Shown: positions 48,503 through 60,936, counted from the first letter of the stretch. The stretch is DNA of 64,000 bases from Leidyana gryllorum EB-2025a (GCA_048772705.1 JBLWGC010000047.1:151243-215242), one strand, 5' to 3'. Numbers and translations: made by a program. The notes: generated from the letters alone by a model not told the origin.

Positions 48503-49755
48503 CTATCGATGTGTCGTTGTCCACTTCGCCACAGCATAGGGACGAAAGATGGCATAGCCCCCCGTGTCCAAGGGCGAGCCGTGGTATTTGGGTCTCGTTT
48601 TGACGTCGAACACCTCCATGGACAAGGCTGGGGCGAGCATACTTCCAAGTTGTTTGTGGCGTAGCATTGGAGCGGCGATCAGGAGCTGCGTGGTCGCTTT
48701 TGGATGGGATTGGATATGGGATGGTTACCTTTAGTAGGGCGTCTAGGAAAACTCGGAAGTTTTTGAGCTCCTCGGGCCCATTGATATCATGTTCTATAGG
48801 CATATGAGTGACGGGGTCCAGCACATGCAGAGGTTGTTGAGATAGAGGTGCGGTAAGAGTTGATCTGGCGGAGATACCGTTGGAAGAGCTGGGGTTGATT
48901 ACGAATTCAGTGTAATTGAAGTTAGCATAGGTGTGCAAGAAGGCAAGCAGTATATCTCCCAGCAGGTTGCGCACAGTACGGTTCTCCCTGCAGCGGCGGC
49001 AGAAGGCGACAACCAGACATAGCAGCAGCCAGCTTGGTATTCTACTTCGGTAATTGATGGCAGGCTCGCCGTCGTCGGCGGAGGCAGGCTGTTCATAATG
49101 ATGGGGGGGATAATCGGCGGATGTCATCAGGGCTTTGGTCATCATATAGAGTGGTCGTACTTCTGGGAGTTCCTGTAACACTCGCGTCACCCATTTAGTA
49201 CGTCTGAGAAAGTGATCTTCGATTACACTTATACGAACGGTTAATTGGCCTTCGGTGTTTTCGATCTGGATAACATCGTGGTTAGATAGATAGTGTTTCT
49301 CAGTGGTGATCTTCATGGATTTGAAAACTCGACTTCGTTCAATGATTTGTACCAGTAGGGCTCGGCTCACAGCGCCGTCGTTCACTTTCTTCGCAATCAG
49401 GTTTACATCACTGAACTGGTGAGCCAGGCCAGTGGCATGAGAGCCATGTGCGACCAAACGGACGTCAGGGGAAGCAGCGCGTATGGTGCGTTCCAGACTG
49501 TCTATGGTCTGCGAGGCGGTCGTTGGGGAGGAAGGAGTGAGTGTTACTTACCTCATCCCGTAATGCAATGCGCAGGGGAGTGAGCTCTGCCGTGACAAGG
49601 AAGGCGTATATTTCGAGGTGCAATGCCAAGGGATACTCTAATTTGGCAAGTAGTTTGGTGACGTCCTTATCGGTGATCACCGTGGTGCCCCCTTTCCGCA
49701 TCATGTGCACCAATGCAGGGAACCAAGGTACTTTGGAGAGAGCTCGGCCAGACAT
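48503..49755 (-). CDS. TRF4-like nucleotidyltransferase paralog, probably catalytically inactive
   Basis: LHLEIYAF, HGSHATGLAHQFSDVN, LPEVRPL, LLGDILLAFL, LHVLDP; first intron at the same position as in the TRF4 gene. Confidence 0.75.
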
Positions 49756-49898
49756 CTGGCACAGGGGGAGTTCAACGAATGTGTGTTCTTATTGTTGTTG
49801 ATGGTATAATATATGTTTGGGGCTGCCCCCACGCCCAGCAGGTCAACACTATGTTGCACGCGCGGTGTTTCTATTATTAGGGTTGTCAATGAAAAAGG

Positions 49899-50729
49899 CT
49901 ATTGTCCCATGTCGTCTTGTTGTTCCTGCTCGTTTTCTGAAGTATCCCGTGTACTGTCGTCGTCGTCGTGGCTCTGTGCTTCACCTTCTGTCTCGATTCC
50001 CATAATACCGTTCCAATCGATAAACTCTGTCACTATTTCGCAAATGTCGCCTTGATCGTCATAGCCCATATAGACTGGATAATAGCCATCTCCCCAGCCA
50101 CTGGCGAGGAAGGTGAAACGCAAACCGTCCGAGTTGGGCACTTCAACATTCGGCCAGTCTCCGCCCGATCTTTGATACAGAGGATTGGCTGCGAAATTCT
50201 CTTTCAACTTCTCCTCAAAGTAATCGTCGTGAACATTGTAGAACCCGTTCCTCCAGGGGCAATACATATCGCGCGTCTTGGCGTCCATCACACACGCCAG
50301 CCCAGCATCCACTCCGAACCCCCAGTATAAGTCTCCATCTTCCATGCCGTCCTCCAAAACAGCGCCCTCTGGGACGGCGATCTCCCAATACACTGCCGCC
50401 GTTGGCTTCACTTTCACCCGCGATGCGGCATATCTCATAATCGCCGGCCCATTCACCACCGCTATTTCGACCGGATGAGTTCCTGTTGGAACTCTTTGGG
50501 CAAACGGAGGGTCATCCTCGTCGACAGAGCAAAATGGATCTCCGGCAACGACCTTTCCTGTGGGAAAGTCGACCACTCCAGCCGGAATAATTACCATCTC
50601 GTCGCCCTCCTCATTGCCAGTTGGACCCGCTGTAAAATGCTTCGCAAACCCCTGGGCATAGCGAAGCCTCGGCCTCACACTTTCGAATTGACTCCACCAC
50701 TCAGGGGATGTCTCACTCTGGGTGGTCAT
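49899..50729 (-). CDS. DUF4241-type bacterial protein, intronless
   Basis: GVVDFPTGKVVAGDP, PFAQRVPTGTHPVEIAV, RYAASRV, WEIA, FGVDAGLACVMD, SGWGDGYYPVYMGYDDQGDICEIVTEF; ATG 50729. Confidence 0.85.
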   Translation of the reverse strand: MTTQSETSPEWWSQFESVRPRLRYAQGFAKHFTAGPTGNEEGDEMVIIPAGVVDFPTGKVVAGDPFCSVDEDDPPFAQRVPTGTHPVEIAVVNGPAIMRYAASRVKVKPTAAVYWEIAVPEGAVLEDGMEDGDLYWGFGVDAGLACVMDAKTRDMYCPWRNGFYNVHDDYFEEKLKENFAANPLYQRSGGDWPNVEVPNSDGLRFTFLASGWGDGYYPVYMGYDDQGDICEIVTEFIDWNGIMGIETEGEAQSHDDDDSTRDTSENEQEQQDDMGQ

Positions 50730-51099
50730 GAAAATTTTACTTTGCTGCCACTGTCTGTCACCCCCACCCCCACTGTTTGCCACACCAGTGCGTTTCCCAC
50801 GACGTCCTCAGAGAGTGTGTGTGTGTGTCCGCCCCCATTGCGATCCACTTTGCATTGTCAGCTCCAGCCAACCCCTCCTCTGAGCCCAGCCATCAGATCA
50901 CCCCTCGCAGCCGGGGGTAATGCCGTGATCCCTCTAAAGATCAGACACCGCACTTTGTGTATTCTGGGGCGCGACGATCCCCCCAGACAGTAGTGCTACA
51001 CCGACTCATTCAGACTGATTTGTCCCCCGACTTGCCCGCCCACCTTTCTCCAGAGCGCGCCCTGACGCATGTCATCTCGTTGACTGAGGAGGAGTCGAG

Positions 51100-53900
51100 C
51101 GTCAAGATGCCTGACGCCTACACAGTCGAAGGGTGCGCTCATTCGAAGCTGCAACGGAGGCCAAGAACAGGTTCAGTCTGAGGTGCAGAGACGATGAGGT
51201 GGCCATTGTCAGAAAACATTGCAAAGGGGAACGAACGTTCGAAACTTTCTCCATCAGTGTGGATGGCGTGTGGTGGGAAGGAAATTTGCCGGGACACCCA
51301 ACGATTGAGATCTGAAAAGTTGCCTGCCTTCACAGACCCTTCGCAGAACCCAATCGTTATGTGTATCGAGTTGGCCCCTCGCGCAGAATCAGAGACGCTC
51401 CACGACAGAAACTGCCTCCGGTGACATGGAGTCCAAGAAACACTTTGGGTACCACCCCTGGAAGTGGCGTCACTCGAAGGCACCAAATTTCCCAGAAGAA
51501 ATCCCACAAACCATCAGTTGCAATGGTCTCGACAACGAGAAAAGACCTGACATTTCGAGCACTGCGACGTCGCAAGGCTGGAAAAGGTCCGCGTCAACAC
51601 TGTCACAGGCCAGTTGGGTAGGAGTGAACAAAGAAAGCATCCTGCAGTGCCACGCGAGCAGATGATGATACTCGCTCGGCTTTTACACATCACCTCTCGC
51701 AGCCGCAACAAGTAGATTTCTCTGCCCAACGAAGCGGCACCAAGTCCACTGCCACCGTTCGGATCTGTGTGTCACGTGCAAACAGGCTCGATTCCCGACT
51801 TTAGATTGCGAGTCACAAGACAGATGAGCTCCGGTGGTGACGGTGGTGGTACAACGCTCACGGGCGATTCGGGATGACGTCGTCTCGGTCGCACCATTAC
51901 GCAAACATTGTTCAACATCACGTCGCCGACCCATGTGTGATGCACCATCACTTTGAACAGCGATATCGCCCCCCTTCAGAGTGAAGACACGAGAGTCAGT
52001 CCCGGGAGGTTCCTTTGGGCAGTGGTAATTGATACATCACATTGTGGCTGAGCATTGAACGTTTCTGCCGACTTCCAGGACACACGAATGGAAGCCGCAG
52101 ACACTGTTTGGCCCGCAGACACCGTTTGGCTCAACCGCGGCCTGGTAGAGGACGGAAGGGAGAGAAACGCGCATTTGATCTCGTTCGCGCCCGCATCTTA
52201 CGAGACGCAAGTACGAGTAGTGGCTCTCGACCGAGCCCTCGCAGAGTGAAAGGTGGAACGCAGCCTGCCAAAGCAACTTCCGCGGGACCCGACATGCGGT
52301 CCGAAGGCCTGTTGGGAGGCCTTAAATCTGCAGTCGGCAGACACCACCAAACTGCTCTATTCACTTCTGGGAAGGGTAAGTCGAAATCATTCAGTAAGAG
52401 AGACTGGGGTGAGGGCAGGTCCAGCTGGTTCGCCCCACTGGTGCATCCTTCTCCAAAATTCGGCGTCTTGATTCGAGGGCCAATGAGTGGTTCCTATACG
52501 GAACCAATCAATGGTCGGGGAGAATTGGGGCATTTCGACGGGGATAGCCAGGACCTCGATGGTCGGAGCCCAGATTCGAGCATCGGGTCCGTTCCATCAC
52601 AGTGGATTTTCTCCATCGTTGTCTGGGGCTCTCCTCCGAGCGCGAGGCGACGTGTAGAGATTGGTGCTCACCCGTTGCCCGCTCGAGGATGGATCATTGG
52701 TGCGTCGAGCTCTGGAAGGTACGCGACCAATGGGAAGACGAAGCCAAGTCGACGGCCAAGCCATGTCTGAGACACCCGCGGGCTGCGAGATACGTCCGGG
52801 TGATCTGGCGCGAGTTCCCGATACCACCGAGAGTGTATTCTGGCCCGCAGCATGAAACTTCGATAGCCCTTTGGGGACCTGAATGCCAACGGCAGCTGTC
52901 TGTGAGAGTCCACCCACAACCAGACAGCTCCCGGTGAAAGAGGAATCCGACGCTTTACGAATCAGCATTGATGCCTATATTTGGTTGCGAGTTCCAGGCG
53001 ACGCAAAGAGCCACATCCGTGCACTCTCTTCCAGACGCACCTCATTTTTCAGGCCGGAGAGAAGAGGCCGGAGTCCGAGCCTTCAACGATACACGAAAAA
53101 TCGAGGTCACGGCCTCTGGTGAGCTCGTCAACAAACCTGACCAGAAGTTTCAACCATTGCCAACTTGAGGGTTGGGACTCACGTCACTCAGTACGGCAGA
53201 CCGGCAATATCGCCAGTGTAAATCAGTTGGTGCCACTGCGCGATCGGATGACCCTTTGGTTGTGGTGTAAACGGTCATCAAAGGAGAAACATCACGAATC
53301 AAGTTTTGCTTTGGCAACAGGCCCGTAGAACGGATAAGCGATTACACGCTCTCCGCCGCCCCGGACCACCCATTGCCGTTGATGCAAAAGATCCAAGTTC
53401 AGTAAGCCTATCACCAGCTGGGTGGGCTTCAGGACACCAGAGTTTGTGAGGCCAGCCGACATACTTCATCAAGGCGCAGTAAGCAAAATTGTGAGTCCGA
53501 CAGATCGGGCAAGATCATCATATCGTCACTACTGAGCCAACTGTCTAATAGTGTTTTCCAAGGCGTCATAGTGATGGAAACCACGAAAACAAAGGTCGGA
53601 ACATCGAGTGTTTCATTTGCGAAAGGAAGGTCCGAAAATCAAGGCCAGGCGCTGCAGCAGGTGGAAAGAGGCCAATTGGGGATTTGCGGCCCGAAAAAAC
53701 CATTCTTTGCGGGCGGGGGCGGGGTGCGCGACGACAAACCCATCACGTCTTGCGCTGACGTACCCATCTTCTGGCCCGTCCCCCGGTCAACGACCCTCGC
53801 AGCTTCGGTGCTCTCAAGTGCATCCAATATTGTTCTGGGGAAATACTGTCGGGTGAGTTGGCGAGGAGGAGTTGCGATCGATAAACTGTGAAAGGTTCTC
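51100..53900 (-). mobile_element. Highly decayed Ty3/gypsy-type LTR retrotransposon pol remnant (RT-RNaseH-integrase)
   Basis: Minus-strand fragments in gypsy order: WLSSDDMMIL...LRLDEVCRL (~53460-53540, YxDD region); LPLAFRSPKG...RELA...TWLGRR (~52700-52900, RNase H); EIYLLRLREVMCKSRASIIICSR and DFFWEIWCLR (~51450-51730, integrase). Many stops and frameshifts; no LTRs found. Confidence 0.55.
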
Positions 53901-54159
53901 AAACACGTTGGAGAAATTCGAGCGTAGACAACACTGGTGTAAAGGCGGCATCACAAAACTCAACAGGAAACGAAATCTGCTCTCGCCAAGCGATCTGGAG
54001 GGCTCTGTCACACTCTCTTCTGCAGTGCGGCAAACACTTTTGTGTGAGACAATTGGGGGGGGGAGATTTGATGGGACAGCAGAGGAGACACGGGCAGTGA
54101 GGTCTGCTCAAAACTGACATCAGTCTTTCAATATTCACACTTCTGTATATAAATACACA

Positions 54160-54738
54160 ATGGGGTGTTGTTCAGTATTGATATTTGGATTGTTGGTAGT
54201 GATTGGATCCGTCGCATGGGTCGCAGCGTTGATCCGATGCTGGAACGAGATTATGCCGAGCTCTGCGCAAACCCGAGCGGGCGACTACCAGAACTTGGCG
54301 AAAGCGGAGGCGTACAAAATGCTGTTCGGACTATTGGCCCATTTGTAAGTTCCACTCGATCTGAACGACAGCAATGTTTCCAGAATTATGGTGTTTATGT
54401 GGTTCTGGTATGATCAATGGAAACAGCACTGCAAAGAGAAGTGCACATGTTGCTGCTGGGGAGGTTCGGGAGGCGCAAAGGAGGACAGCGTGGAGAGTGG
54501 GCCTGATCGCCATCCGTGTCCCAATCTGACCCCAGCTGTGATGGATAATACTAAGCGAATTGCGGATGTGGAGCGTCAGCTTGCGGCGATGCGGCAATCT
54601 AAGCAACCGTTATCTGCAACGGCGCCTGCATGTCGCCTGAGGCAGGTTCCTCCAGGCCGCCTCCACGATCGGATGGTCCACTCAGGGCGCACAACACGTT
54701 TCAGGAGAATTGACTTTTGTGGGGCAAGCCGGAGTTGA
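54160..54738 (+). CDS. Cassette gene A copy 1: ~183-aa membrane protein with MGCC N-terminus and Cys cluster
   Basis: 27-nt intron 54345-54371 (gtaagt...gacag) joins ORFs 54160-54348 and 54388-54738 in frame; TM helix, CKEKCTCCC. Confidence 0.65.
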
Positions 54739-55105
54739 GGCCTTCTGCTAAATTTAGAGCAGATAGATAGATAAATTGATTGTTTATGACTGCAAATGCA
54801 GTCATCTGTGGTACAGAATATAGCCACAAAGCCGCTCACATTCGGGGCCTGCCAACAAGTGATTAAGACTAGAGATGTGAATCGGTTGCCGCTGTATGAC
54901 AGCCCTCCTTGACTCGTTGATGGACAGTGTAATAATCAACTACAGAGTATCAATCTTATTATCCCCCGAGCACGGCTATTACTGTACTCAATGTTCGAGA
55001 ACACCTTCGGCGCCATGCTGATTCACCTCTGATTCAAAACAGAGAGTGATGTGATTCTGCAATCAATATTCTTCCTGTCTGCCTTATGATGGAACGATTC
55101 GAAGG

Positions 55106-55281
55106 CAACCTTTGCCGTCACTTACCGTATGCGGCATCCGGTTGCCGGTCATGAGGCACTGCTATGGTGCGAGCGACTCAGCGACTGCAAGCTCAACCTT
55201 TGCCGTCATTTACCGTATGCGGCATCCGGTTGCCGGTCATGAGGCACTGCTATGGTGCGAGCGACTCAGCGACTACAAGCT
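55106..55281 (+). repeat. 88-bp direct tandem duplication upstream of gene B (also in copies 2 and 3)
   Basis: caacctttgccgtca...cgact(g/a)caagct starts at 55106 and 55194; equivalents near 58582 and 62107. Confidence 0.9.
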
Positions 55282-55454
55282 CAAAATGGATTGTCAGAAG
55301 CGAGACACGGGACACAATGATCTTCTGTGTCAACACAATGGGATGTTGCAACGGGAATTGCGGCGGCATGACCAAACGGCGCTGCCCACCCAATTATCAC
55401 AGCTCGCACACAGGTGTGTGTGCAAACACATTCCCCGACCCGTGGTGCTGACGA

Positions 55455-57451
55455 ATGCTCAGCGACCTCATCTGGGCCCAAATTCTGGGCTTTCTGCCGC
55501 TGTGGGAGCTGACACGACTGGCAGGAATTTCCAAACAGATATACAATATCCTCAATTCGGAAAGTTCATTGTTGGTTGCCGAACAGATCTGCCTCTGCCC
55601 GGCAGCGTTTGCCTGGGTACAGCGCGCCTCGTGGTTCGAGATATGGCTCCGCAGATCGTGCCCCCACCTGGTATCTGTGAGATTGTTCGGGTCTGGAGTG
55701 AAGATGGTCATCGTCACTGACATGTTGCAGAAGATGTGCCAATGGGGTCTCCCCAGACTGACTGAGGCGATGATAGATGGACTCTTTCACAGTGGGGTTT
55801 CCCATACATTGAGTTTTCCCGAGCTGAAGTTTTTGGATATTCATTGGTGCCAGTTCTCCGGAGGATCGCTACATATCGATGCTCCGAAATTGGAGTCTTT
55901 AGCTGTCAGGAGGCACCAGCTTCCTTACATTGACCACGATTTGGTGTTTGCACTGCGCCGGGCGGTGGGTGACGGACCCGATGACCTGATTGTGGTGGTG
56001 ACGAAGCCAGAATTCAAATATTGGATCTGGATAGCTCAACACGTCCCCTCATCCGTAGTGAATGGCGGTTGGAAGACGTCTCCCTTCCTATCAGAGTATC
56101 TGCCTCACCCGCGGGATTGGACGAGTGACCGACCGGATTTACACTACGCAACCACCTACACGTGGCCAAAAAGCGCGAGGTGAGGGGTTTTGGGGTTTCT
56201 CATTGGACAGTTCGCAGCGAGACGCAAAGGGTTGTCGATTACGTTATGAGAGAGTGGACCGATCGCGAGCGTCATATGCATCCGCATTGTCGCACATTTT
56301 TGGAGGGGGCCCGTTGCGGCCAATATTTTCCTGCGCAATGGATAGTCAACGAGCGTCAGGAGAATGGACCATCTATTCCGCACGCGTATTCGAGCTTGGG
56401 ATGGTTCCGGTTGGCACGCACAAAGGATTTGGAATCATTGTCTCCCTTGTGGAAGGCGCTCCCATTGACAGAACCACCCGCTGTATACCCGCCCAGTTGC
56501 ATAGGGCTGGCGAGTGATCACACAGCGTATCTGAGTGCCACCGGCTTCCGACGTCGAATCCATTGGACCGAGCTGAGACGGATTTTCTATGTCAACACCG
56601 ACGCCATTCCGACTCTGACGGAAGAATCAATCAAAGGTTTACCCTTCCAGAATTTGAAGCGGATTGAATTACCGCTGAGAGGATGGGAGCTCGTTGACAC
56701 ACTGTCCAGAGGCGGGGCGCGTCCCTGTTGGCCTCCTGACTGTGTTCGAGTTCTCTGCCTTCACACCAAACGCGATGACCCCCCGGAAGCTATTAAACGT
56801 TTGATTGAGAGCTGTCAAATCCAATATGTCGGTGTTACCGGAATACCCGACAATATCGCGAAGCTGACTGACTGGTTTCTGGTTGGGCACTCTATTTGGC
56901 GACGAAATGGCCTTCGGATCCGTTTCGGCCTCCAAGCTGCAGCACTCCTACATTACCCGTGGCCTAAGGTGCAATTGGAACTCGTCTCCGGGCTCTACAC
57001 TGATGCCACTCTCCGGGCGATGCTGAAATACATCGGGTGCTCGGCTGAGGAGATCGATACGTATTTGATGGCTCAGTGGGGTGACGACAGCGAGACGTGG
57101 GCACCGTTTCGCGAGAAAAGTCTTCAAACTCAGTCCGCTGACTTCAGCGACACTTTCCACATTACCGTTCCAAGAGTATTCTTGAGGCAGTGGTACTCTA
57201 AAATGCTGGAAGCGACGCTAAAGGAGGCTCAGATTTCTGTTGGCGGTATCTTCGATCAATTGATCGGCATTTCCTCACGGGATACGTGGCTGAGCAGTAT
57301 GGTGATCAATCAACAATTTGGAGATCTGGAGGATATGGGGATCCCTGTGACATTGCCGACTGTCTGTCCCTTCAGTTTGCGTGAGAAAGTGTTTCCCCAC
57401 AGCGGCATCGAGAATCCCACAACGCCAGCAGCACCACCGGGAGGGCTCTGA
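55455..57451 (+). CDS. Cassette gene B copy 1: F-box/LRR-like protein (~650 aa)
   Basis: DLIWAQILGFLPLWELTRLAGISKQIY F-box pattern; LRR-like CPHLVSVRL, LPRLTEA, FPELKFLDI, APKLESLAV; 38-nt intron 56180-56217 fuses the 242- and 429-aa ORFs. A start at 55286 via intron 55414-55462 is also possible. Confidence 0.7.
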
Positions 57452-57612
57452 CACACTCTCTTCTGCATAATGTGCGCCAAACACTTTTCTGTGAGACAAT
57501 TTGGCGTCGGATTGGGAGATTTGATGGGACAGGAGAGGAGACACGGGCAGTGAGGTCTGCTCAAAGCTGACATCAGTCTTTCAATATTCACACTTCTGTA
57601 TATAAATACACA

Positions 57613-58220
57613 ATGAGCCGTTCGGTAACGGTATTTGGAGTGTTGGCACTCGCTGTGGCTGTCAGATTGGAGCTCCTATTCCACAATCTGAGTATGCCGA
57701 GTCTTCCGCAAAGTCGAGCGGGCCACGACCAAAATTGGTGAAAGCGGAGGCGTATAATTTCCTGTTCGCCTTATTGGGCCATCTGTGAGTTCGACTCGAT
57801 CTGACCGACAGTAATGTTTCCAGTATTCTGGTGTTTACGTGTTTCTGGTGTGATCAATGGAGACAGAGCTGCAAGCAGAAGTGGGCACGGAACTGCAAGC
57901 GCTGCTGTGGGGCTCGGGGACCGTGACTAGAGCGCAAAGGGGGGAGGCTCCAAGGACGGCAGCGTGGAGAGTGAGCGTCTTCGCCATCAGTGTCTCAATC
58001 TGAGCCCAGCTGTGCTAGAAAGTGCTCGGAGAATCGCGTATGTGGAGCGTCGGCTGGCGACGACCTGCAATCTAAGCAACCGTCATCTGCAACGGGACCC
58101 CCAAGAGCTCCCTGCATGTCGCCTGAGGCAGCTTCCTCCATGCCGCCTCCACGATCGGATACACAAGGAGAACATCCATTATTTATGAGGTTTGACTGTG
58201 GTGGAGCGAGCCGCAGTTGA
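57613..58220 (+). pseudogene. Cassette gene A copy 2, frameshifted
   Basis: Homologous to 54160-54738 but reaches a stop (caa aat tgg tga) before the conserved mini-intron. Confidence 0.6.
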
Positions 58221-58930
58221 GGCCCTCTGCTGAAATTAGGTCAGATAGATAAATTGATTGTTTATGACTGCAAATGCAGCCATCTGTGGTACAGAATATA
58301 ACCATAAAGCCCCTTACATTGGGGACCTGGCAATAGTTCATGGAGACTAAAGATGTGAATCGGTTGCCGCTGTATGACAGCCCTCCTTGACTCGTTGATG
58401 GACAGTGTAATAATCGACCGCAAGAATATCAATCTTATGATCCCTCCCAGCACGGGTGTACGCAATGTTTGAAAACATCTTCGGCGCAATGCTGATTTAC
58501 CTTTGGTTTCCAAAAACGAAAGTTGTGTGATTCTGCAATCAATATTCTTCCTGTCTGCCTTATGATGGAACGATTCGAAGGCAACCTTTGCCGTCACTTC
58601 CCGTATGCGGCATCCGGTTGCCGGTCATGAGGCACTGCTATGGTGCGAGCGACTCAGCGACTGCAAGCTCAACCTTCGCCGTAACTTCCCGTATGCGGCA
58701 TCCGGTTGCCGGTCATGAGGCACTGCTATGGTGCGAGCGACTCAGCGACTACAAGCTCAAAATGGATTGTCAGAAGCGAGACACGGGACACAATGATCTT
58801 CTGTGTCAATACAATGGGATGTTGCAACGGGAAATGCGGCGGCATGACCAAACGGCGCTGCCCACCCAATTATCACAGCTCGCACACAGGTGTGTGTGCA
58901 AACACATTCCCCGACCCGTGGTGCTGACGA

Positions 58931-60936
58931 ATGCTCAGCGACCTCATCTGGGCCCAAATTCTGGGCTTTCTGCCGCTGTGGGAGCTGACACGACTGGCAG
59001 GAATTTCCAAACAGATATACAATATCCTCAATTCGGAAAGTTCACTGTTGGTTTCCGAACAGATCTGCCTCTGCGCGGCAGCGTGGGCCTGGGTACAGCG
59101 CGCCTCGTGGTTCGAAATATGGCTCCGCAGATCGTGCCCCCACCTGGTATCTGTGAGATTGTTCGGGTATGGAGTGAAGGAGGTCATCGTCACTGACATG
59201 TTGCAGAAGATGTGCCAATGGGGTCTCCCCAGACTGACTGAGGCGATGATAAGTGGACTCTTTCACAGTGGGGTTTCCCATACATTGAGTTTCCCCGAGC
59301 TGAAGTTTTTGGATATTCATTGGTGCCAGTTCTCCGGAGGATCGCTACATATCGATGCTCCGAAATTGGAGTCTTTAGCTGTCAGGAGGCACCAGCTTCC
59401 TTACATTGACCACGATTTGGTGTTTGCACTGCGCCGGGCGGTGGGTGACGGACCCGATGACCTGATTGTGGTGGTGACGAAGCCAGAATTCAAATATTGG
59501 ATCCGGATATGCCAACACGTCCCCTCATCCGAAGTGAATGGCGGTTGGAAGACGTCTCCCTTCCTATCAGAGTATCTGCCTCACCCGCGGGATTGGACGA
59601 GTGACCGACCGGATTTACACTACGCAACCACCTACACGTGGCCAAAAAGCGCGAGGTGAGGGGTTTTGGGGTTTCTCATTGGACAGTTCGCAGCGAGACG
59701 CAAAGGGTTGTCGATTACGTTATGAGAGAGTGGACCGATCGCGAGCGTCATATGCATCCGCATTGTCGCACATTTTTGGAGGGGGCCCGTTGCGGCCAAT
59801 ATTTTCCTGCGCAATGGATAGTCAACGAGCGTCAGGAGAATGGACCATCTATTCCGCACGCGTATTCGAGCTTGGGATGGTTCCGGTTGGCACGCACAAA
59901 GGATTTGGAATCATTGTCTCCCTTGTGGAAGGCGCTCCCATTGACAGAACCACCCGCTGTATACCCGCCCAGTTGCATAGGGCTGGCGAGTGATCACACA
60001 GCGTATCTGAGTGCCACCGGCTTCCGACGTCGAATCCATTGGACCGAGCTGAGACGGATTTTCTATGTCAACACCGACGTCATTCCGACTCTGACGGAGG
60101 AATCAATCAAAGGTTTACCCTTCCAGAATTTGAAGCGGATTGAATTACCGCTGAGAGGATGGGAGCTCGTTGACACACTGTCCAGAGGCGGGGCGCGTCC
60201 CTGTTGGCCTCCTGACTGTGTTCGAGTTCTCTGCCTTCACACCAAACGCGATGACCCCCCGGAAGCTATTAAACGTCTGATTGAGAGCTGTCAAATCCAA
60301 TATGTCGGTGTTACCGGAATACCCGACAATATCGCGAAGCTGACTGACTGGTTTCTGGTTGGGCACTCTATTTGGCGACGAAGAGGCCTTCGGATCCGTT
60401 TCGGCCTCCAAGCTGCAGCACTCCTACATTACCCGTGGCCTAAGGTGCAATTGGAACTCGTCTCCGGGCTCTACACTGATGCCACTCTCCGGGCTATGCT
60501 GAAATACATCGGGTGCTCGGCTGATGAGATCGATACGTATTTGATGGCTCAGTGGGCTGACGACAGCGAGACGTGGGCACCGTTTCGCGAGAAGAGTCTT
60601 CAAACTCAGTCCGGTGACTTCAGCTACACTTTCCACTTTGTCGTTCCAAGAGTATTCTTGAGGCAGTGGTACTCTAAAATGCTGGAAGCGACGCTAAAGG
60701 AGGCTCAGATTTCTGTTGGCGGTATCTTCGATAAATTTATCGGCATTTCCTCACGAGATACGTGGCTGAGCAGTATGGTGATCAATCAACAATTTGGAGA
60801 TCTGGAGGATATGGGGATCCCTGTGACATTGCCGACTGTCTGTCCCCGCCGTTTGCGTGAGAAAGTGTTTCCCCACAGCGCCAACGCCAGCAGCAGCACC
60901 ACCGAGAGATCTCTGACACACTCTCGTTCTGCATAA
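58931..60936 (+). CDS. Cassette gene B copy 2: F-box/LRR-like protein
   Basis: Near-identical to copy 1; intron 59656-59693; different C-terminal ~15 aa. Confidence 0.7.

Noticed and set aside
52042-52770. 242-aa plus-strand ORF
   Set aside because: Non-ATG start, no motif, lies antisense within the retroelement relic.
55106-55281. CRISPR-like array or hammerhead ribozyme
   Set aside because: Only two abutting 88-bp units, no spacers, no cas genes; no CUGANGA/GAAA core on either strand.
55164-55451. Cys-rich peptide ORF (MIFCVNTMGCCNGNCGG...)
   Set aside because: No signal peptide; overlaps the likely 5' exon/UTR of the F-box gene; conservation is explained by the duplication.
56160-56220. 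Programmed -1 frameshift between the overlapping 242-aa and 429-aa ORFs
   Set aside because: No canonical slippery heptamer; a 38-nt GT-AG intron of typical size joins the frames.
58262-58597. Minus-strand third gene in the cassette spacer
   Set aside because: The ORF track shows no equivalent in copies 1 and 3, and it has no recognisable features.
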